64,000 bases of DNA, from assembly GCA_037440465.1 (NCBI GenBank), contig JBBIUB010000006.1, forward strand, positions 251 to 64,250. The letters are read 5' to 3'. This DNA comes from Coprothermobacterota bacterium (lineage in GTDB: Bacteria > Coprothermobacterota > HKB111). The stretch's first letter is position 1, and every line of letters starts with the position of its first letter. The notes below the pieces were generated by a model that was given only the letters and a program-made list of their open reading frames with translations, had not been told where the DNA came from and ran no database searches. Below are positions 38,147 through 46,945 of the stretch, one piece after another. The translations under genes were made by a program, and so were the position numbers.

Positions 38147-38758
38147 TCACCTCCTATAATGCTTATTCTTGCAAAAGGTTGCATCGTCATCCCTTGAGAT
38201 TAGCTCTCTTAGTTTCTCAATGCCTCTTGAAAGAAGGGATTTTATGGTGCCTTCCTTTTTGTTTAGTATCTGACTAATCTCATTTATCTTCTTTTTTTCA
38301 AAGTATTTTAAAGTTAATACTTCCTGATATTTTAAATCAAGTTTTAAAATTGCTTTTTGTACATTTATGAAATCTTGATAAATCTGCAATTTCTCTTCAG
38401 CTTCTATTAGCTCTGTTTCGGGATTATTAGACAATTCATCTTCAGGGTCTCCATCAGCAAAAATAGATTCTAAGGGATAAATAATCTGTTTTTTCTTTCT
38501 GAAGTAGTAATTGATTTCGTTGGTGGCTATTTTATAGAACCAGGAAGAGAAGGGAAGATTCATAATCCGATATTGCCAGAGATTCCTTACGGCCTTTAAA
38601 AAAGTTTCAGAGGTCAAGTCTTGAGCGGTCTCCAGATGTCCTACCCTTCTCAGGATATATCCAAAGATTTTAGGGTAGTATTCCTCATAAAGAATACCAA
38701 AGGCTTTTGGATCTTCTTTTAGTTTAAGAATTAATTCCTTCTCTCTATCTGGATTCAT
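38147..38758 (-). CDS. ECF-type RNA polymerase sigma-70 factor
   Basis: 203 aa; sigma region 2 (DLTSETFLKAVRNLWQY) and region 4 HTH (EISQILNKKEGTIKSLLSRGIEKL); ATG start. Confidence 0.75.
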   Translation of the reverse strand: MNPDREKELILKLKEDPKAFGILYEEYYPKIFGYILRRVGHLETAQDLTSETFLKAVRNLWQYRIMNLPFSSWFYKIATNEINYYFRKKKQIIYPLESIFADGDPEDELSNNPETELIEAEEKLQIYQDFINVQKAILKLDLKYQEVLTLKYFEKKKINEISQILNKKEGTIKSLLSRGIEKLRELISRDDDATFCKNKHYRR

Positions 38759-38873
38759 GGCTTTTCAGTTAGAGTTTAGCATAAAATTGGTGGAAAAAAG
38801 GTAAATTAGAGATGTTTATAATATTAAGAAGAAATAGTATTCACCTGTATTTATTGAATTATTCTAAAACCCC

Positions 38874-38902
38874 TTGACAAATAAAAAATATACTTTTATA
38901 AT
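38874..38902 (+). promoter_or_regulatory. consensus sigma70 promoter (TTGACA-17 nt-TATAAT) for the glpF-dha operon
   Basis: Exact -35 and -10 hexamers with a 17-nt spacer, ~175 nt upstream of glpF. Confidence 0.55.
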
Positions 38903-39077
38903 CTAACAAGTGGAAGGTGAAGAATCTTAACAAGTTTTGTTATTTAGTGTTAAGAGGAGTCAGGTAAAACCAGTCCATATTTTTTAAAATAAGGAGGTGG
39001 TTACTGCAGAGAGTGTTTACATTTCTAGTTGAAAGGCTTCGGTTTTCAAAAAACAGAAATTGTAAAGGAGGATTCAA

Positions 39078-39866
39078 ATGAAAAACGGTTTAATTGGTCA
39101 GTTAATCGGAGAAGTTTTTGGGACTTTCATTCTTATTCTGTTAGGCGATGGAGTTGTGGCCAATGTTGGTCTGGCCCCCCGCTTAGCATCCCCAGCTTAC
39201 AACTGGAATACCATAACTCTTGGTTGGGCTATGGCAGTGGTTATCGCAGTGTATGTCACTGCTGGTGTCTCAGGTGCTCATATTAACCCAGCAGTTACCT
39301 TAGCTCTGGCAGTAAAGCGTAATTTCCCCTGGGGTAAAGTCTTCCCCTACTGGATTGCGCAAATCTTTGGTGCTTTCCTTGGTGCCTTTGGAGTTTATTT
39401 AGTATACCGTGAAGGCCTCGTTGCAGCAGGTTTACCTAATGTATGGTGTACTGGTCCAGGCTCTGTATTTGGTCAAGCTTTCTGGGGAGGAACTGGTATA
39501 GGAAGTTTAGGAGTCTACTCTCTTACAAATGCTTTAGTTGCTGAAATATTTGGCACAGCAGTTCTTCTATGGGGTGTTTTAGCTGTTGGAGATTCAAAAA
39601 ACACAGGTGTTGGGGCTAACCTTGGACCACTTCTGGTAGGTCTGACCGTTTTAGGAATTGGTCTCTGCCTGGGTGGACCTAGTGGCTATGCTATTAACCC
39701 TGCCCGTGATTTCGGGCCAAGACTTTTCGGTGCTCTTATTGGAACTACAGGTTTATTCAGCGGTTCTTACTGGTTAGTTGCACCCATAATCGGTCCTTTA
39801 ATTGGTGGTGTCCTAGGTATTCTTACTTACGATTTATTTGTTTCAAGCAATCTTCCTAAAAAATAG
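39078..39866 (+). CDS. glpF: glycerol uptake facilitator (MIP/aquaporin family)
   Basis: Two NPA boxes (SGAHINPAVT ; GYAINPARD), 6 TM, 262 aa. Confidence 0.85.
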   Translation: MKNGLIGQLIGEVFGTFILILLGDGVVANVGLAPRLASPAYNWNTITLGWAMAVVIAVYVTAGVSGAHINPAVTLALAVKRNFPWGKVFPYWIAQIFGAFLGAFGVYLVYREGLVAAGLPNVWCTGPGSVFGQAFWGGTGIGSLGVYSLTNALVAEIFGTAVLLWGVLAVGDSKNTGVGANLGPLLVGLTVLGIGLCLGGPSGYAINPARDFGPRLFGALIGTTGLFSGSYWLVAPIIGPLIGGVLGILTYDLFVSSNLPKK

Positions 39867-39968
39867 AGTTTTTTATAATGATATATTAACGATATCTTTC
39901 ATCCCGGTTATTTTAGCTATTAATGTTGGATATAAAAGAGATAGTAGTTAGAAAGGAGGTGAAAAGAT

Positions 39969-41042
39969 ATGAAGAAATTAATTAACAATCCTGAAGATGT
40001 GGTGAAAGAGGAATTGGAAGGCGTTGCACTGGCATACCCGGATATGGTTAAGGTTCACTTTGACCCTAACTTTGTCTATCGTGCTGATGCACCAGTAAAA
40101 GGTAAAGTAGCTCTTGTTTCTGGTGGCGGAAGTGGTCATGAACCTATGCACGGTGGTTTTGTAGGTGTTGGCATGCTGGACGCTGCTTGCCCAGGTCAGG
40201 TCTTTACTTCACCAACTCCCGATCAGATGCTAGAGTCAACCAAGAAGGTCAATGGTGGAGCTGGGGTGTTATATATAGTTAAAAACTATAGCGGTGACAT
40301 CATGAACTTTGAAATGGCTGCAGATCTGGCTCGCGCTGAAGGCATCAGAGTGTTCAGTATTATTATTGACGACGATGTAGCAGTAAAAGATAGCCTTTAT
40401 ACCCAGGGTAGGCGTGGAGTTGGCACTACAGTACTGGCTGAGAAAATCTGCGGTGCAGCAGCAGAAAAGGGTTATGACCTGAAAAAAGTTGCTGACCTGT
40501 GCCGCAAAGTGAACATCAACGGACGAAGTATGGGTATGGCTCTTACATCCTGTACCGTACCCCTGGCTGGTAAACCTACCTTTGAACTTGGTGAAGATGA
40601 GATGGAGATTGGTATTGGCATTCACGGTGAACCAGGTAGTGTAAGGATGAAGCTAAAAACCGCTGATGAAATTACTGAGATGTTAGCTACCACAATTATT
40701 GACGACCCATCATATCATAGAATCTATCGAGAATGGAATGAAGACAAAGGCGAATGGGTAGATGTTGGAGTTGATAGTCCTCCCTTAAGAGCAGGAGATA
40801 ATGTTTTAGCTTTTGTAAACAACATGGGTGGAACTGCAGCTGTAGAGCTCCCTATCATTTATCGAAAACTGCACCAGATTTGTGAAAAGAAGGGATTGAA
40901 AATTATCCGTAACCTTATTGGTCCCTATATTACTTCTCTGGAAATGCAGGGTTGCTCCATAACCCTTCTTAAAATGGACGATGAGTTGATCAAATTGTGG
41001 GATGCTCCAGTTAAAACTCCTGGACTTCGTTGGGGGATATAA
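39969..41042 (+). CDS. dhaK: dihydroxyacetone kinase, DhaK subunit
   Basis: GGGSGHEP motif; 357 aa. Confidence 0.85.
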   Translation: MKKLINNPEDVVKEELEGVALAYPDMVKVHFDPNFVYRADAPVKGKVALVSGGGSGHEPMHGGFVGVGMLDAACPGQVFTSPTPDQMLESTKKVNGGAGVLYIVKNYSGDIMNFEMAADLARAEGIRVFSIIIDDDVAVKDSLYTQGRRGVGTTVLAEKICGAAAEKGYDLKKVADLCRKVNINGRSMGMALTSCTVPLAGKPTFELGEDEMEIGIGIHGEPGSVRMKLKTADEITEMLATTIIDDPSYHRIYREWNEDKGEWVDVGVDSPPLRAGDNVLAFVNNMGGTAAVELPIIYRKLHQICEKKGLKIIRNLIGPYITSLEMQGCSITLLKMDDELIKLWDAPVKTPGLRWGI

Positions 41043-41124
41043 GAAATAATGGGATTATATAGGCCTATCTTGAAGGTACATTTGGGTAGGCCTTAATCCC
41101 CTTGAAACTGTTGGAGAAGAATTC

Positions 41125-41769
41125 ATGCCTATAACTACAGAAGACATTTTAGAATATTTTGAAAAAGCAGCGGTTGTATTAAACAAAAATAAGGAATATC
41201 TCACAGAGCTTGATTCAGCTATCGGAGATGCTGACCATGGTATCAATATGGATAGGGGTTTTAGGTCAATTCTAATTAAACTACCCACTGTGAAGGATAA
41301 AGACGCTGGGGCTATCCTTAGGACAGCCGGTATGACTCTGGTGTCCAGTGTAGGTGGGGCAGGTGGTCCGCTTTATGGTACAGCTTTCATGCAAGCTGGA
41401 ACAGCTCTGTCGGGCAAATATGAGTTGACTGCCAGGGACATCCTGAATGCACTGGATGCTGCCCTTGCGGGGGTAATGATGCGTGGAAAGTCTAAACCAG
41501 GGGAGAAGACAATGATTGATGCTATAGCCCCAGCAATAGAAGCCATGCGAAATGCCCTGGAAAATGGAGCTGATTCCCTTGAAGCTTTGGAGAAAGCTAC
41601 CAATGCCGCTCTTCAAGGAATGAAGAATACCGTACCTATGCTGGCGATGAAGGGTCGCGCAAGTTATCTGGGTGATAGAAGTATTGGTCATCAAGACCCG
41701 GGCGCGACTTCCTCTTACATACTCATCCGTATTATGGCTGAGATGGCGAGAGATAAAAAAAAATTTTAA
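41125..41769 (+). CDS. dhaL: dihydroxyacetone kinase, ADP-binding DhaL subunit
   Basis: DSAIGDADHG motif; 214 aa helical. Confidence 0.8.
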   Translation: MPITTEDILEYFEKAAVVLNKNKEYLTELDSAIGDADHGINMDRGFRSILIKLPTVKDKDAGAILRTAGMTLVSSVGGAGGPLYGTAFMQAGTALSGKYELTARDILNALDAALAGVMMRGKSKPGEKTMIDAIAPAIEAMRNALENGADSLEALEKATNAALQGMKNTVPMLAMKGRASYLGDRSIGHQDPGATSSYILIRIMAEMARDKKKF

Positions 41770-41793
41770 ATAAAATTTAAAGGAGGTTTAGAA

Positions 41794-43308
41794 ATGGGTA
41801 AGAAATATGTAGCAGCAGTAGATCAGGGAACAACCAGCACTCGCTTCATGGTTTTTGATCATGGAGGGCAAGTTGTAAGTGTGCATCAGATGGAGCATGA
41901 GCAAATTTATCCACAAGCTGGTTGGGTTGAACATAACCCGATGGAAATCTGGGCACGAACTCAGGATGTTATTAAGGCTGCACTTGAAAAGAATGGAATT
42001 GACCCCAATGATATCGCTGCCATTGGTGTAACCAACCAACGCGAGACTACTATAGTATGGAATAAACATACTGGCGAACCCTATTACAATGCTATTGTCT
42101 GGCAGTGCACCCGTACAAAAGATATCTGTGACAATTTGGCTAAGGATGGTGGTCAGGATCGCTTCCGGGCTAAAGTAGGCTTACCTCTGGCTACTTACTT
42201 CTCTGGACCCAAAATCAAATGGGTTCTGGATAATGTTCCAGGTGTGCGTGAAGCAGCGGAGAAGGGTGATGCCATATTTGGTAACATTGACACCTTTGAA
42301 ATTTGGTGGTTGACCGGCGGTCCCAATGGTGGTGCTCATGTAACTGATGTCTCTAATGCCAGCCGTACCATGTTAATGAACCTGGAGACTCTTGACTGGG
42401 ACCCAGAAATTTTAAATATTCTGGGTATTCCCCGGAAGATGCTTCCTGCAGTTCGTCCCTCCAGCGACCCTGCTATTTATGGCTACACCACTAATGATGG
42501 TCCATTTGGTGCAGTTATCCCGGTGTGTGGTGACCTGGGTGACCAACAGGCAGCTCTGGTGGGTCAAACCTGTTTTAGCCCCGGGGAAGCCAAAAATACT
42601 TATGGTACAGGTTGCTTCATGCTTCTCAACACAGGCATTAAACCGGTTGCCAGTAAGAGTGGCCTCCTGACTACATTGGGTTATAAAATGGGTGATGCAC
42701 CAGCAGTGTACTGCCTGGAGGGCTCCATAGCTATAACTGGAGCATTGGTTCAATGGTTACGCGATAACCTGAAATTCTTTGAAAAATCGAGTGAAATAGA
42801 GCCTTTAGCAAAATCAGTAGAAGATAGCGGCGGTACCTATTTTGTACCAGCCTTCTCCGGACTGTTTGCACCATACTGGAAGAGTGATGCCCGTGGAGTG
42901 ATCGTTGGCTTAACCCGTTATGTAACCAGTGCTCACATTGCCCGAGCTGCTCTGGAGGCTACAGCTTTTCAGACCCGTGAGGTTTTAGATGCAATGGAGA
43001 AGGATTCAGGTGTTAAATTAGCTGCTCTTAAAGTGGATGGTGGTATGGTCTTTAATGAACTTCTAATGCAGTTCCAGTCAGATGTATTAAATGTGCCTGT
43101 GGTTCGTCCAACAGTTGCTGAAACCACTGCCCTGGGTGCTGCTTATGCTGCTGGTCTGGCTGTTGGTTTCTGGGATAATCTGGAAGATTTAAGAAAGAAC
43201 TGGGGTATAGACAAGACCTGGAAACCTGTAATGGATGCTGAAACCCGCAATAAGCTATACAAGGGTTGGCTTAAGGCTGTTGAGCGCACCTTCAACTGGG
43301 TGGAATAG
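41794..43308 (+). CDS. glpK: glycerol kinase
   Basis: 504 aa; N-terminal [15 protein letters not shown] and overall FGGY kinase signature. Confidence 0.9.
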   Translation: MGKKYVAAVDQGTTSTRFMVFDHGGQVVSVHQMEHEQIYPQAGWVEHNPMEIWARTQDVIKAALEKNGIDPNDIAAIGVTNQRETTIVWNKHTGEPYYNAIVWQCTRTKDICDNLAKDGGQDRFRAKVGLPLATYFSGPKIKWVLDNVPGVREAAEKGDAIFGNIDTFEIWWLTGGPNGGAHVTDVSNASRTMLMNLETLDWDPEILNILGIPRKMLPAVRPSSDPAIYGYTTNDGPFGAVIPVCGDLGDQQAALVGQTCFSPGEAKNTYGTGCFMLLNTGIKPVASKSGLLTTLGYKMGDAPAVYCLEGSIAITGALVQWLRDNLKFFEKSSEIEPLAKSVEDSGGTYFVPAFSGLFAPYWKSDARGVIVGLTRYVTSAHIARAALEATAFQTREVLDAMEKDSGVKLAALKVDGGMVFNELLMQFQSDVLNVPVVRPTVAETTALGAAYAAGLAVGFWDNLEDLRKNWGIDKTWKPVMDAETRNKLYKGWLKAVERTFNWVE

Positions 43309-43437
43309 GATAAGGCGAGACTTGATTTAGTTCTTAAAATGATGAAGAGGGGGAGACTTCCAACCAGGGAGTCTTCCCCTCTAATAATATGTAATAAGCT
43401 TTAGTATAATTAAATAAAAAATAAAGAGAGACCTGAA

Positions 43438-44931
43438 ATGACAAATCGAAATTACGATATTATCATCATTGGTGCTGGAGTAGTGGGTTGTATGATTGCC
43501 CGCTTCCTTTCCCGATACGATTTAAATATCCTCCTTATTGATAAAGAGGCAGATGTTGGTACAGGTGCTTCATCAGCCAATACTGCCATAGTCCATGCTG
43601 GTTATGACCCTGTACCTGGAAGTTTGAAAGCAACTATGAATATAGCTGGAAATAAAATGTGGGATACTCTGGCAGGCGAACTGAACTTTCCTTTTGAGCG
43701 CAGGGGAGATTATGTGGTGGCAATTGGTGATAAAGAGCTACCCAAACTTGAAGAGCTTAGAAAGCAGGGTATTAAGAATGGTGTCCCGGGCATGATGATG
43801 CTCTCTGGCGAGGAAGTCCGCCGTCGTGAGCCTAATATTAACCCAGAGGTGAGTGGTGCTCTATGGGCATCCACCGGTGGAATTTGTGACCCCTTTGCAG
43901 TTGTATTAGCTGCTGCCGAGAATGCGGTGATGAACGGTGTTACACTGATGCTTGAGACAGCTTTTGAGGACTTTATTATGGAAGGCAAGCGTATTATGGG
44001 GATTAAGACGAACCGTGGTATTTTCAGCTGTCGCTGGGTAATAAATGCTGCCGGGCTTTATTCTGATGAGGTTATGCATAAAGCAGGTGTTCGCCCTGAA
44101 TTCAAAATCAACCCACGAAAGGGGGAGTACTATGTTTTTGACCGTGCTGAAATTACCATCAATAATGTACTGTTTCCTGTGCCTACCCCTGTTACCAAGG
44201 GTATTCTGGTTACGACAACTGTCCATGGCAATACCATAATTGGTCCTAACGCTCAAGATATCCAAAACAAAGATGACTTTTCAGTCACTAAAGATGGTTT
44301 GGATGAAGTTTTTCAAGGAGCTCTTAAATTAATTCCAAGTTTAAATCTAAAACACGTTATAGCCTTCTTTGCCGGAGTGCGACCTGCAGGTAATGCGAGC
44401 TGCCTAACTCCCGGAATTAATTATCGTGCTGATTATGTAATTGAGATACCCGAGGTTATTCAAGGCTTTGTTAATCTGGGTGGTATTGAATCACCTGGCT
44501 TAACCTCTGCTCCTGCTATTGCCCAGCGGGTGATAGAGCTATTAATAGATGCAGGCGAAAATCTGATGGAGAAAAAGGATTGGAACCCCATTCGTACTGC
44601 TCGACCCTGTTTCCGGGACTTATCAAAAGAAGAGCAGAAGATTTTAATACAAAATAACCCTCTCTTCGGGAGAATTGTCTGTCGTTGTGAAACAGTAACC
44701 GAAGCGGAATTAGTGGCTGAAATTCACTCACCTGTTCCAGCTCGTACTTATGATGCCCTTAAAAGGCGCACCTGGTTGGGTACGGGACGCTGTCAGGGTG
44801 GTTTTGATACACCCCGAGTAGTGGAGATCATGGCTCGTGAATTGAGCATTCCGCTGGAACAAATTTCCAAAAAGGGGTCCAATTCGAATTTCCTGATAAG
44901 ACGCACCAAGGAGGTCTCTGATGGCAATTAA
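43438..44931 (+). CDS. glpA: FAD-dependent glycerol-3-phosphate dehydrogenase (GlpA/GlpD family) with C-terminal BFD-like [2Fe-2S] domain
   Basis: GAGVVGCMIA FAD motif; C-terminal CRCETVTEAEL BFD motif. Confidence 0.7.
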   Translation: MTNRNYDIIIIGAGVVGCMIARFLSRYDLNILLIDKEADVGTGASSANTAIVHAGYDPVPGSLKATMNIAGNKMWDTLAGELNFPFERRGDYVVAIGDKELPKLEELRKQGIKNGVPGMMMLSGEEVRRREPNINPEVSGALWASTGGICDPFAVVLAAAENAVMNGVTLMLETAFEDFIMEGKRIMGIKTNRGIFSCRWVINAAGLYSDEVMHKAGVRPEFKINPRKGEYYVFDRAEITINNVLFPVPTPVTKGILVTTTVHGNTIIGPNAQDIQNKDDFSVTKDGLDEVFQGALKLIPSLNLKHVIAFFAGVRPAGNASCLTPGINYRADYVIEIPEVIQGFVNLGGIESPGLTSAPAIAQRVIELLIDAGENLMEKKDWNPIRTARPCFRDLSKEEQKILIQNNPLFGRIVCRCETVTEAELVAEIHSPVPARTYDALKRRTWLGTGRCQGGFDTPRVVEIMARELSIPLEQISKKGSNSNFLIRRTKEVSDGN

Positions 44932-46198
44932 GAATAAATACGATGTAGTTATCATTGGTAGCGGACCCGGGGGATTAGCTGCAGCCATAGCAGCTAAAAA
45001 GGAAGGAGCCCAGGATGTTCTCATAATAGAAAGAGATAAAGAACTTGGAGGAATTCTGGTTCAATGTATTCATAATGGTTTTGGAGTGGAGATTTTTAAG
45101 GAAGACCTTCCCGGTCCTGCTTATGCTCAGAGGTTTATTGAAGAAGCACTATCTTCAGGAGTCGAAATTCTTGTTGATACTATGGTTCTGGACATCACTC
45201 CTTCCCGTCGTCTTTATACTATCAGTAAATGGAGTGGATTTGTAGAATTAGATGCCCGGGCTATAGTGCTCTCTATGGGTTGTAGAGAACGAACTCGTGC
45301 TCAAATACGCCTTCCAGGGACCCGTCCAGTTGGGGTGTTCACTGCAGGGACTGCACAAAGGTTTGTAAATGTGGAAGGGTATATGCCCGGTAATCGTTTT
45401 GTTATCCTAGGTTCGGGCGATATCGGAATGATTATGGCACGAAGATTGACCCTTGAGGGAGCAAAGGTTGAGCGGGTTCTGGAAATAATGCCCTTTTTAA
45501 CAGGATTAACTCGTAACTATGTACAGTGCCTCCTGGACTATAATATTCCCTTACAACTCAGCCACACCATTACCAATATTCTTGGTAACCGGAGAGTAGA
45601 AGCCATTGAGGCAGTACAGGTAGATGATAAATGGCAACCCATTATTGGCACGAAAGAAATCATCCCCTGTGACACTCTTCTTCTTTCTGTGGGATTGATA
45701 CCAGAAAATGAACTTTCTAAGAAAGCAGGAGTACATCTAGATCCAGTAACCGGTGGGCCCTTTGTGGATGAAGGAATGCAAACAAGTGTGCCTGGTATTT
45801 TTGCTGCAGGTAATGTGGTTCATGTCTATGACCTGGTGGACTGGGTGACAGAAGCGGGTTATTTAGCTGGTAAAAGCGCAGCAAGGTATGCTATTGCAGA
45901 GAGAAAGCGTCAGTCTGAGCAGGTAAGATTACAACCCGGAGATAATATCCGCTACATTGTGCCACACATAATGAATAAAGAGAGCCTGACTGAGTCAGAT
46001 CAACAACTAAAAATGCGTGTTATCCAGCCTGTTGAGAGTAGGGTTTGGGTGGAAGTATTAAATGGTGAAAATCTGGTGACCCGGAAATCTCAGCGTTATG
46101 TTCGTCCTGGAGAAATGGTAACCTTAGACATCCCACAAAAGGTCTATGATGATATTCAAGAAACTGATACTCTTACTGTAAGAGTGGTTAAGCGTTAA
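44921..46198 (+). CDS. pyridine-nucleotide-disulfide-type FAD/NAD(P) oxidoreductase, G3P-dehydrogenase-associated
   Basis: GSGPGGLAAA and GSGDIG dinucleotide-binding motifs; start overlaps the glpA stop. Confidence 0.7.
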   Translation: MAIKNKYDVVIIGSGPGGLAAAIAAKKEGAQDVLIIERDKELGGILVQCIHNGFGVEIFKEDLPGPAYAQRFIEEALSSGVEILVDTMVLDITPSRRLYTISKWSGFVELDARAIVLSMGCRERTRAQIRLPGTRPVGVFTAGTAQRFVNVEGYMPGNRFVILGSGDIGMIMARRLTLEGAKVERVLEIMPFLTGLTRNYVQCLLDYNIPLQLSHTITNILGNRRVEAIEAVQVDDKWQPIIGTKEIIPCDTLLLSVGLIPENELSKKAGVHLDPVTGGPFVDEGMQTSVPGIFAAGNVVHVYDLVDWVTEAGYLAGKSAARYAIAERKRQSEQVRLQPGDNIRYIVPHIMNKESLTESDQQLKMRVIQPVESRVWVEVLNGENLVTRKSQRYVRPGEMVTLDIPQKVYDDIQETDTLTVRVVKR

Positions 46199-46210
46199 AG
46201 GAGGAATACT

Positions 46211-46627
46211 ATGGCTGAAGAATTGATAAAATTAATATGTATTGCTTGTCCAGTTGGTTGCGCATTAGAGGTCACTCATGAGGAAAAGACCATAGTTAAA
46301 TTAGAAGGTAATCAATGTAAAATAGGTATAGAGTATGCTAATACTGAGCTTACTGACCCAAGACGCATGGTTACCACTACGGTTAAGGTTAAGGGCGGAA
46401 TTCACCCGCTTTTGCCCGTCTATACTACTGCTCCTATTCCTAAGAACCTGATTTTTAATTTGATGGATGAACTACGAAAGAAAGAGGTTCAGGCACCAAT
46501 ACTACTTGGGCAGATTGTGTTGGAAAATGCTCTGGGTACAGGGGTAAATATTGCAGCCAGCAGAGATTTACCCGAAAAATTCTTATATGAAAAATCAATT
46601 GAATTTACAAATAATAAAACACCATGA
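46211..46627 (+). CDS. DUF1667 protein (Cys-rich partner of the GlpA-like/oxidoreductase pair)
   Basis: 138 aa; CIACPVGCALEV...GNQCKIG pattern typical of DUF1667. Confidence 0.65.
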   Translation: MAEELIKLICIACPVGCALEVTHEEKTIVKLEGNQCKIGIEYANTELTDPRRMVTTTVKVKGGIHPLLPVYTTAPIPKNLIFNLMDELRKKEVQAPILLGQIVLENALGTGVNIAASRDLPEKFLYEKSIEFTNNKTP

Positions 46628-46899
46628 GCAAAACTAATAAACAGCAAAGGAATACCTCTCTGAAACCTGAAGCTCAACAAGAACCAGAAAAAGAAAAGGG
46701 AAAAGAGAAATACGCCTGGATGCCTTTCTGGGGATGGGTATTACTGTTTCTGGTGCCTCTAATTATGAGTTTATTCATGTTTTATATGGCTGGTAGATGG
46801 TTCAGTATGATTCTATTTCCCATAGCTTGGGTGGGTTTCTGGGTTATTACAATCTTGCGGTCGGGCTCAACAATTTTCAAGAAGCGCGAGAAAAAGTAA
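46624..46899 (+). CDS. small membrane protein
   Basis: 91 aa with two TM helices; start overlaps the DUF1667 stop (ATGA). Confidence 0.4.
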   Translation: MSKTNKQQRNTSLKPEAQQEPEKEKGKEKYAWMPFWGWVLLFLVPLIMSLFMFYMAGRWFSMILFPIAWVGFWVITILRSGSTIFKKREKK

Positions 46900-46945
46900 A
46901 TTCGTGGTGGTTGATACTCATTGATTTGTGTGTGGTGAGGCTGGG

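Noticed and set aside
38874-39077. Riboswitch or T-box in the glpF leader
   Set aside because: Only short repeats and one weak hairpin; no recognisable riboswitch core. Kept as a possible antiterminator target, not called as an RNA feature.
39029-39286. 85-aa ORF overlapping the glpF start in another frame
   Set aside because: glpF (39078) has a strong RBS and clear NPA motifs; the overlapping frame is W/S/C-rich nonsense.
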